Origin: Promethearchaeota archaeon | GTDB taxonomy: Archaea; Asgardarchaeota; Lokiarchaeia; Sigyniarchaeales; SOKP01 | Length of the DNA stretch: 64,000 nucleotides | Assembly (NCBI GenBank): GCA_048938855.1 | Contig: JBHLLT010000016.1 | Location: 123-64,122, forward strand | Direction: 5' to 3' | Notes under the pieces: generated by a model | Databases searched by the model: none | The model's input: only the letters and a program-made list of their open reading frames with translations | Told to the model about the DNA's origin: nothing | Shown: one piece after another, positions 33,368 through 41,368 of the stretch | Position numbering within the stretch: position 1 is the stretch's first letter | Layout of the letters: each line of letters begins with the position of its first letter | Made by a program: the position numbers and the translations under genes

Positions 33368-34408
33368 TTATAGATTGCTTAAATAACCTTTTAATTTAAT
33401 TGCTTTTTCATGAAATTCCTTATAAAGATTATCATCGCCTAATTCTAAGCACAGATCTGAAATTTTATCAAAATACTCTGCGGTCTGGGCAATATCTCCG
33501 TTTTCTAAACTAACTTTCGCTTGGTGAATCAACTGATCTCTTTCGAATAAAGGTTTTAATAATGGTGAAGCATCAGTGCTAACTTCTAAGATATCTGCAA
33601 TAATTTGAATCATTTTTTCTCTATTATTTGGATCAATTGCTATCATTGAATATGTTTTCAAGCCAAGGATTTCTTCAATGTTTTGTATACTTAAAGCATT
33701 ATCCAAATCTTGTTTGTTACCTATAATAGCAGTATGGGTATAAGGGGCATGTTCCTTTACTAATTCAATAAAAAATTTGCTTTTTTCGACGTTTTCCAAT
33801 GTAGAGTCTGTAATGATAAGAACAGCATCACTTCCTTTAATAAAATCATTCCAGAGATAACTAAATTGTTCTTGTCCAGCAAAATCCCATAAATGAAAAT
33901 ATAATTTTCCAATTTTAACAGTTGAGATCTTCCCTGTTATAGTGGGGATATGGACAGATGGAATTTCAGTTGCGCAAATTAATGTTGTGGTGGTTGTTTT
34001 TCCAACACCAGAAAATCCCACTAATGAAATCTTGGTCTTAAGATTTCTATGGATAGAATCTACTATTGGATCAAGTAATTCCATCAGAGAAGAATCTAAG
34101 TTATCTATAGCATCACCAAAAGTATCTAAAAATTCTTTTCGAAGATTTGCTAATTCACTTTTAGATCGAGAGAGATCATCATTAATGTCGGTTATAAACA
34201 TAAATATTAATTTAAAATCCTCTTCTAATACAAAAATTATCTTATATTTAATATAATCATAACTATTGAGCTCAATACCAGTACCCTTTTTAGACACTTC
34301 CATTATTTCTTGGTAAAGTTTATTAAAATCTTCTTCTGATATTGCTTTACCGAAATTTTTATTGTAAAGTACTTTTTCATCCCTTAAAATATAAACTTGT
34401 CTTAACAT
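33368..34408 (-). CDS. small Ras-superfamily GTPase with N-terminal longin-like domain and C-terminal helical extension
   Basis: 346 aa. G1 is GFSGVGKTT, G3 is WDFAGQE and G4 is GNKQD. About 125 aa N-terminal to the P-loop (MLRQVYILRDEKVLYNKNF...YKIIFVLEEDFKLIFMFITD...) has a longin/SRX-like beta-beta-alpha-beta-beta-beta pattern. Confidence 0.75.
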   Translation of the reverse strand: MLRQVYILRDEKVLYNKNFGKAISEEDFNKLYQEIMEVSKKGTGIELNSYDYIKYKIIFVLEEDFKLIFMFITDINDDLSRSKSELANLRKEFLDTFGDAIDNLDSSLMELLDPIVDSIHRNLKTKISLVGFSGVGKTTTTTLICATEIPSVHIPTITGKISTVKIGKLYFHLWDFAGQEQFSYLWNDFIKGSDAVLIITDSTLENVEKSKFFIELVKEHAPYTHTAIIGNKQDLDNALSIQNIEEILGLKTYSMIAIDPNNREKMIQIIADILEVSTDASPLLKPLFERDQLIHQAKVSLENGDIAQTAEYFDKISDLCLELGDDNLYKEFHEKAIKLKGYLSNL

Positions 34409-34933
34409 ATTATCCAGTCTAATTTCTATAGAATTGTAGGAGTAAAAAGTCGATTATTTTCTTATTTAAAAATAAATTAAATGGTAATATTTTTCTTTGA
34501 TTCTACAATCTAAATTAAAATATTTAAATTTTTAGAAAATGACAAATATGAGTGGCATAATGTAGTATTAATTTATTCAAATTTAGACTCAAAAAAAAGA
34601 ATTAAGTGAACGTATTATATAGTTTACATAAATCTTTTAATTAATTATATATTTATTGGCAAGGACTTGAATTTATTTCTATTTACTATAATAATATCAG
34701 ATGTGAAAAAAACCTTCTCTGTGTTAACGAAATATTTGGAAATAACACATAATTCATTTCAATTTATGTTCAAATTGGTTTAAACCATCATTTTATTGGT
34801 ACATATTATATAATATTCTATAGTATTATCGTTGGATAAAAAGTTAAATACTAAAATTTGTATAATAAATGATAAAAAACTCTTTTTATTAAAAAAGGAT
34901 TATACACAATTTAAAAAATAAATTGAAATAAAC

Positions 34934-37900
34934 ATGAAAGGACTAAGAATTGATTCAAAGAAGGTAATTTCTCTTACATTTTTATTGATTCTCTCATTGA
35001 GTTCAGTTTTATTATTATTTCCATCAAATTTTTTGAATTCAACAGAATTCAATCAAAATCCAGAAGAAGATAAAAAAGATAATAATTTCCGCCCATTGTT
35101 AAATGGTCCAATAGGTGAAGATCCTTGGTGGAATGTATCATATCAATGGCGCCAATGTATCAATATTACAAATCCGGGAGATTATAATTTAACTAATAAT
35201 TTCATTAGTATTCAGTTTAATTATGCAACTTTACGTGATAATTATAATATGGATCCTAACCTATACGACGTTAGAATAGTAGAGAATAATGTGGTAAGAA
35301 AATATTATGTAAAGAAAGACTTTCCTAACCTCGATACCGCAACTATATGGTTCGAAAATAATGTTACAACAGGAGAATCTGAATATGATACTTATATGTA
35401 TTGGGGGAATGCGTCCATTAATAATCGTGGAAGTAAACATCTCAATTATGATCCATCTGGATCCTCTTGGTGGCAATTTGAAGAAGGTTCTGGAGGGTAT
35501 GATTCTATTGTTCATGATTCATTAGATAATGCTGACGGTCATCTTTATGGAAGTAGTAGTAGTTATTATCCAGATTATGATTCAGATAGTGCTGTTGGAG
35601 AATATTCAATAAGTTTTGATGGTTCGCATGATTTTATATATATTGAGGATTCATTACATTATACTAATCCAAATGAGATTTCAGCTGTAACTGTTAGCTG
35701 TTGGTTTAAAACATCATTTTCAAGTAGTGGAAATTGGGATAACTGGGCGTTTTTTGATTTTGATAGATCAGAATATTTCAATTTCTTTATCACTGGAAAT
35801 GGAAGAATAGGTTTTGCTAGTTCAGCTACAGGTTATAGCGGTCAAAATGACTTTTTTGGGAGCGTTTCAGGTTTGAATGATGGTGAGTGGCATTTTGCCT
35901 GTGTAGTTTATGATGGAGTTGACAAATACATATATGTTGATAATTATGCTCCAGAGATTTGGGCCAATGCTATGGGAGGAAATGCTTTTGGAACCGGTAC
36001 TGATAGATGGGGATTTATCGGCGATGGTTCTGAAGCTACAGCAGAAAATGGAAATAGAAACAATTTTTATTATGATGGAAATATTGATGAAATTAGATAT
36101 TTTGATTATGCTGTTAATCCTGATGAAATTCAATGGCTAGCAAATTATTATTCAATTGATACAAATTTATTATCTGTTACAGAGCGAGCTGCTGCAGTAA
36201 CTATCACAGTAAAAGATATTGATAATCGATTAGTTCCTGGAGCAGAAGTTTCTTTATGGAAAAACTCTACTGATATCTTAGTATTACGTGGTGTTCCATA
36301 TACTGAATATTCCTCATCAGATGGTACAGTGTCTTTCACAAAAGTGCCTTTTGGTTTTTACAATATTACTGTGAATTATACTCTCAATTCCGGTTTGTAT
36401 GAAGAAGTTGTTTATGATAGCAGAGTTCAACCTCCTGGTGAAGTAGAATTCAAGGGATTAATTGTCAATGTTAACGTTACTGCAGATCTTTGGACAATTG
36501 ATTTTGAAGTAAATGATTGGGATGGAGATCCATTTGACCACGGCTTTGTACAAGTGGGAAATGCTACAGATTATATATTAGAAACTTTAACTTTAGACTC
36601 TGGGGGAACTGCAACCTTTCGCTGGACTGATCAACCCAATTATAATTATACAGTATATTATGATAATGTAGATTATCTAGGAAATCCAACTCGTTTAAAT
36701 TCTAGTACCATTACATATACTGGGCCAGCAATTTATGTTGAACATGTAAGAACAAGTATGTCTAAATTAGATATAAGAGTTATTGATGACACAGAAACTG
36801 TACCTGTAGAAGGTATTACAGTTAGAGTTGAGAACAGCTCATCAGGTGTTCATATAATTGATCTTAAAACAGATGATAATGGTAACGCATACGGTTTAAC
36901 TAATAGTGATGTTGGCTTTTGGTATAAAAGAAATACTATATATAACTTATCCTTATGGGTTGTGACAGAACAACGTACATTCAGAGTAAATTCTTCAGAT
37001 CAAGCTTTTAATCCTTCTACAATTTTAGATTACTATGAATACAATTTAAATTCAAGTTCTTCCTTAGTATTTGAATTAGATTTAAACTACCAAAACAGGT
37101 TATCTCGATTTTATAATAATAGTCTCGTTGCTGATTATAGTGTTGTTTTTGGTCAAAATATGTCATTTTCGATTACGTTAGAAACTTCTGATACTGGTCT
37201 TCCCGGCCCATGGGTAGCTGATGATGGTGTTGGGACAACAATAAGTTGTATAATTAAAAGTACTGCTATTGGAAACCCTACTATATACACAAAGAATATG
37301 GATTATACTATAAATGGAACATTTACTAGTGAAATTAACTCGAGTCGTTTTTCTGCTGGTGACTATGGTAAATCCTATATTGTCACTTTATCAGGTGTTA
37401 AATCATACTATAATAGTCCTGAAGATATCTTATTTGTTATATCAATAGACTCAATTTCTACTGGTATGAGCTTCCATGATTATTCTTCAATGCCCGATGA
37501 ATTACCTATAAATGAAGTCTCTCAGTATTATGATGAATTAATCAATATAACAGTAAAATATTATGATAAAAATAATAATCAAACTTTAGTTGCGGATACA
37601 TTTACTTATACTTGGGATTATGGTTCTGGCACTGTAAATTCTGATCCTTTAAATCCAGGATATTATACAGTTGAGATAGATACATCAGCAGCTACTAATG
37701 TCGGCAAATATCTTATAAAATTCACAGCAGGACGAGAGAATTATACAAAAATTGATAATTATGGATTATTTATCAATATCTTATCAAGACCGACGACCAT
37801 TAATGGTGAAGATGGAATTTTATATATCTCCCAAGACATCTTCATATTTAAAGAATTGAACTTTACTTTTATTTATTTAGATGAGATGAAAGGTACGCCT

Positions 37901-38785
37901 ATTTCAAATTTAGATGAAATGAGTTATTTATTACAAAAGCTTGATGAAAATGGTGATCCTATACCTGGTACTGCCGAAACAGGTTCTCTAGTAGCAGGAG
38001 TAGATGAGTTTATTTTGGACTTTAATACAGAAACAAGGCTAGATGGAGAATATTCAGTAATTGTGACTTTAGACAAAATGAACTGGGATCACAGAATTGC
38101 TATTATTTCATTGACAATAATGAAAAGAGAAGCGGATGTTACATTACCTGAACCTCCATTTGTTGGTACCAAAATATCAATCGCTTCAGGAGCAGCTTTA
38201 AATTTTGCTATTACTCTTACTGATCCAAATAATGAAACAGTTCCAAATGCTCCGATAAGAGGAGCAAATGTATATTTAACTATACAAGGTAGAGATATTC
38301 CATTTACTTATAATGGCAGTGGTGTTTATATTATTCAACCAACAGTTATTGCTGATGCCTTTTTTATGCCTCAAACATTTACAGCTACTCTCACTATTGA
38401 GAAACAGTATTTCTCCACTTCGGTAACTAGTATTACAGTAGTAGTTAATATGCAAGAAATCTTTGGATTTCCTATGTTCTATTTCTTGATGATAGTAGGA
38501 GCGGTTGTAGCCGTCGTAGGAAGTTTAGTTGCTTATCGTACCATCCAGAGAGCTAGAATTCCAAAGTTCGTTAAAAAAGTGAGAGAAATGAAGAAAAATA
38601 TAAAAGGAAAGAAAGATATTTCAGAATCACTATTATATCCAACTAAAGATGAATATATTGTGAAAAAATTAGGAGAAAAATGGGAAGTAATTGGATTATC
38701 ATTAGATGAAATTATGGGTCTCAGAGGTAAAAAGTCTAAGAAATTACCCGGAATGAATCAAGAATTTAAAGGAGGTGTTGATTAA
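34934..38785 (+). CDS. giant single-pass surface protein, module 3 (DUF2341-like + LamG/concanavalin-like + CarboxypepD_reg-like repeats, TM, conserved tail)
   Basis: 1283 aa. The DUF2341-like start is DPWWNVSYQWRQCINITNP...VRIVENN...YMYWGNAS. The LamG_3-like segment is FDGSHDFIYIEDS...VSCWFK...WHFACVVYDGVDKYIYVDN...IDEIRYFDYAVNPDEIQWL. The TM helix is FYFLMIVGAVVAVVGSLVAY. Confidence 0.8.
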   Translation: MKGLRIDSKKVISLTFLLILSLSSVLLLFPSNFLNSTEFNQNPEEDKKDNNFRPLLNGPIGEDPWWNVSYQWRQCINITNPGDYNLTNNFISIQFNYATLRDNYNMDPNLYDVRIVENNVVRKYYVKKDFPNLDTATIWFENNVTTGESEYDTYMYWGNASINNRGSKHLNYDPSGSSWWQFEEGSGGYDSIVHDSLDNADGHLYGSSSSYYPDYDSDSAVGEYSISFDGSHDFIYIEDSLHYTNPNEISAVTVSCWFKTSFSSSGNWDNWAFFDFDRSEYFNFFITGNGRIGFASSATGYSGQNDFFGSVSGLNDGEWHFACVVYDGVDKYIYVDNYAPEIWANAMGGNAFGTGTDRWGFIGDGSEATAENGNRNNFYYDGNIDEIRYFDYAVNPDEIQWLANYYSIDTNLLSVTERAAAVTITVKDIDNRLVPGAEVSLWKNSTDILVLRGVPYTEYSSSDGTVSFTKVPFGFYNITVNYTLNSGLYEEVVYDSRVQPPGEVEFKGLIVNVNVTADLWTIDFEVNDWDGDPFDHGFVQVGNATDYILETLTLDSGGTATFRWTDQPNYNYTVYYDNVDYLGNPTRLNSSTITYTGPAIYVEHVRTSMSKLDIRVIDDTETVPVEGITVRVENSSSGVHIIDLKTDDNGNAYGLTNSDVGFWYKRNTIYNLSLWVVTEQRTFRVNSSDQAFNPSTILDYYEYNLNSSSSLVFELDLNYQNRLSRFYNNSLVADYSVVFGQNMSFSITLETSDTGLPGPWVADDGVGTTISCIIKSTAIGNPTIYTKNMDYTINGTFTSEINSSRFSAGDYGKSYIVTLSGVKSYYNSPEDILFVISIDSISTGMSFHDYSSMPDELPINEVSQYYDELINITVKYYDKNNNQTLVADTFTYTWDYGSGTVNSDPLNPGYYTVEIDTSAATNVGKYLIKFTAGRENYTKIDNYGLFINILSRPTTINGEDGILYISQDIFIFKELNFTFIYLDEMKGTPISNLDEMSYLLQKLDENGDPIPGTAETGSLVAGVDEFILDFNTETRLDGEYSVIVTLDKMNWDHRIAIISLTIMKREADVTLPEPPFVGTKISIASGAALNFAITLTDPNNETVPNAPIRGANVYLTIQGRDIPFTYNGSGVYIIQPTVIADAFFMPQTFTATLTIEKQYFSTSVTSITVVVNMQEIFGFPMFYFLMIVGAVVAVVGSLVAYRTIQRARIPKFVKKVREMKKNIKGKKDISESLLYPTKDEYIVKKLGEKWEVIGLSLDEIMGLRGKKSKKLPGMNQEFKGGVD
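38771..38777 (+). promoter_or_regulatory. Shine-Dalgarno-like site for the module-3 partner gene
   Basis: GGAGGTG lies 7 nt upstream of the ATG at 38785, which overlaps the upstream TAA (TAATG). Confidence 0.6.
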
Positions 38786-39900
38786 TGCCAATAGGATTAG
38801 TAGTAATGAGATGGGATGAAAGAGTTGGAACTGAAATTCTTGCAAAATATCCTGAAGAAATTAATGTAACTGATAAAACCCTAATGCAAGTATACAGTAC
38901 TCATGAGTACAGTGGAGAATCTGGTATGATAAGTTTAATGATTGGTTCCTTAAACATTGCCTCATATTATACAGGACCTGATAAAGGATTTTATATCCTC
39001 TTACTTCTAAGCCTTGATGACGATCCTGATTCTTATGAGGGAGGATTGATTGACATATCACGCATAATTATCCAAAATATGAAAGATAATGCTTATACAT
39101 CAATGATCCCTACTTTATTTAGAAGGCTTTCCGTTTATCCTACATTAAATAATGAGCAACGACTTGCTATTACATATCAAGATGAAATTAAAAGGATGAT
39201 TCTAAACCGTTTAAGGGATGAAGGGGTGGTATCTAAGTCGGAATTAATGGTCTGGCTGAAAGACCAATATAAACAAGGTTTTGTAGATTTAGAAGGAGTG
39301 TTAATTGAACTTGTTAAACGTGATATCGTTAAAGAAACATCAGTTAAAGGTATGCCTTCAGAACTTATATTTTTAATACAAGATATAATTGCTTTAAGAG
39401 TACCTCCGGTTAAAATGTTAAAGGATCCTGCTACTCGAGGTCTACCTGTACAACTTGTAAATGATTACCTCATGGAAGTTAAGAAATTCTTTCAAAATTA
39501 CCGACCAACAGAAGGAGACAATCTTAGAATCATAGATATTCTTATCAATCCTCAAGTTTATGAAACTTTAAGGTTACTAAGAACAGCGATAGTTACTAAA
39601 AATGATCTTGAAAAACTAAGAAAAAAAGGGGTAGATGATCTTGATGATGTATTAAAAGTGCTATGGGACACTCAAATGATTCAAGTTTTCCAAGATGAGA
39701 GGAATAACGAATACTATGCCCTCCTGTCAGATTTCTATCTGAATTTAATATTCCCAAAATATCTCTTAAACATAATCAAGAATGTATATGATCAAAAGTC
39801 TAAAGCAAACCAAGTTTTAGTTGAATATCTAACTGTTTTAGAAAATTCTTATCAAGAAATTAAAGCAGCTGCTAAAGCTGAAGCAAAAGCTAAAGTATGA
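38785..39900 (+). CDS. cytoplasmic partner protein, module 3
   Basis: 371 aa starting MPIGLVVMRWDERVGTEI. It is collinear with the other two partners. Confidence 0.75.
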   Translation: MPIGLVVMRWDERVGTEILAKYPEEINVTDKTLMQVYSTHEYSGESGMISLMIGSLNIASYYTGPDKGFYILLLLSLDDDPDSYEGGLIDISRIIIQNMKDNAYTSMIPTLFRRLSVYPTLNNEQRLAITYQDEIKRMILNRLRDEGVVSKSELMVWLKDQYKQGFVDLEGVLIELVKRDIVKETSVKGMPSELIFLIQDIIALRVPPVKMLKDPATRGLPVQLVNDYLMEVKKFFQNYRPTEGDNLRIIDILINPQVYETLRLLRTAIVTKNDLEKLRKKGVDDLDDVLKVLWDTQMIQVFQDERNNEYYALLSDFYLNLIFPKYLLNIIKNVYDQKSKANQVLVEYLTVLENSYQEIKAAAKAEAKAKV

Positions 39901-39905
39901 TTCGA

Positions 39906-39922
39906 TTTTTTTTATTTTTTTT
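39906..39922 (+). terminator. oligo(T) terminator candidate after module 3
   Basis: T8-A-T8 begins 6 nt after the stop codon at 39898-39900. Confidence 0.5.
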
Positions 39923-40004
39923 GTCTTCATTTTTATATTCATAATATTTTTGTATTCTCAAAGATTGTTTTTCTTAATAAATATACAATAATTTAAAAAA
40001 AAAA

Positions 40005-41342
40005 GTGAATAAAATGGAAGGAGAATTTCCGTCTTGTGAACAGTATTATGATATACCTGAAGCGATTGGTTTAGATGGTGTGGATTTAGAAAAATATATC
40101 ATTGCTAGTTATATTATTAAGCGACCAAAAGGTATGAATGTTAATTATTTAACTCGCTTTGCCGCAATTGAACAATCTACTGGAACGTGGGTAAGAGTTC
40201 CTGCTGAAACTGCTGAAGTAAGAAAATACCATGTAGCAAGAGTGCTTGGAGTGTATGAGCTTCCTCATTGGGAATATGTAATACCTAAAGATATTAAAGA
40301 TAGACTATATTTCGCTCAAATCGCATTCCCAATAGAAAATATTAAAAATATGGGAATTCCAATGCTCTTTAGCACCGTTATTGGTAATATTAGTATAACT
40401 CATGGATTGAAATTAGTTGATCTCGCATTTCCTAAAGCATGGTTAGAAGATTTTAAAGGACCAAAATTTGGTATTGATGGAATCCGAAAACTTATGAAAA
40501 TTCCTGAACGCCCTCTCTTAAATAATATGGTTAAACCATGTACTGGTCATACAGCTGAAGTTGCGGCTGATCTAGTTTATCAGGCAGCAGTAGGAGGTTG
40601 TGATGTAGTAAAAGATGATGAGTTAATCTCTAATCCCCCCTTTAATACTCTTGAAGAGAGAATTGTAAAGGTTATGGAGGCTGTAGATAAAGCTGATTCT
40701 GAGAAAGGGGAAAAGACTTTATACACTATAAATATCACCACAAGATTTCCTGATATGTTTGAATACGCAGATAAGATGATTGAGTTAGGAGCTAATGCAT
40801 TAATGATAAATTATTTAACGACTGGTTATGAAGCATTAAGGCAGATAGCAGAAGATCCTTCTATAAATGTCCCAATTTTAGGTCATATGGATTTCGGTGG
40901 TACATATTTTGGAGGTGAATGGACAGGAATGACAAGCATGTTGACATTTGGGAAATTACCGAGAATTTGTGGGGCAGATACAGTTGTTATTCCAGCACCT
41001 TATGGTAAAGCTGAGATTGTAGAAGAGAGATATGAGCAAACTCTTAAAGCTCTTCGATATCCACTTAGTCATATTAAACCAACATTACCTATGCCATCAG
41101 GTGGAATTACACAGGGGATGGTAGAAAAATGTATTAAAGAGGCTGGGAAGGATATTCTTATTGGAAGTGGTGGTGGTATCCATAGCCATCCTGACGGTCC
41201 AATAGCAGGCGCAAGAGCATTTAGACAAGCTATAGATGCTGTGATGGAAGGTAAAAGTGTTAAAGAAGTTGCAAAAGAAAAAAAGGAATTGGGAATAGCC
41301 CTTGGTGTATGGGGTACTGGGAAAACTCAGCTTATTGAATAA
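40005..41342 (+). CDS. RuBisCO large-subunit-like protein (form III-related / form IV-like; several catalytic residues substituted)
   Basis: 445 aa. EQSTGTW, GNISI, GGCDVVKDDE (carbamyl-Lys motif), PSGG and GGGIHSHPDGPIAGARAFRQAIDA match RbcL. However, KPK is replaced by VKPCTG, HRAMH by GHMDFGG, and the His327 position is lost. Confidence 0.8.
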   Translation: MNKMEGEFPSCEQYYDIPEAIGLDGVDLEKYIIASYIIKRPKGMNVNYLTRFAAIEQSTGTWVRVPAETAEVRKYHVARVLGVYELPHWEYVIPKDIKDRLYFAQIAFPIENIKNMGIPMLFSTVIGNISITHGLKLVDLAFPKAWLEDFKGPKFGIDGIRKLMKIPERPLLNNMVKPCTGHTAEVAADLVYQAAVGGCDVVKDDELISNPPFNTLEERIVKVMEAVDKADSEKGEKTLYTINITTRFPDMFEYADKMIELGANALMINYLTTGYEALRQIAEDPSINVPILGHMDFGGTYFGGEWTGMTSMLTFGKLPRICGADTVVIPAPYGKAEIVEERYEQTLKALRYPLSHIKPTLPMPSGGITQGMVEKCIKEAGKDILIGSGGGIHSHPDGPIAGARAFRQAIDAVMEGKSVKEVAKEKKELGIALGVWGTGKTQLIE

Positions 41343-41368
41343 AAATTATTTTTATTTTTATTTTATAT

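Noticed and set aside
34409-34933. The longest intergenic region (525 bp) between the GTPase and the module-3 receptor gene was scanned for ncRNA, small ORFs and conserved promoter boxes shared with the other two module upstream regions.
   Set aside because: I found no convincing stem-loops, C/D-box motifs or shared motifs by eye. TATA-like strings are too frequent in this composition to call promoters reliably.
22896-39900. The triplicated 4-5.5 kb units could be a mobile element or a recent segmental duplication.
   Set aside because: No transposase, integrase, terminal inverted repeats or target-site duplications were seen. The copies differ greatly at the nucleotide level and in length, which fits old gene-family expansion.
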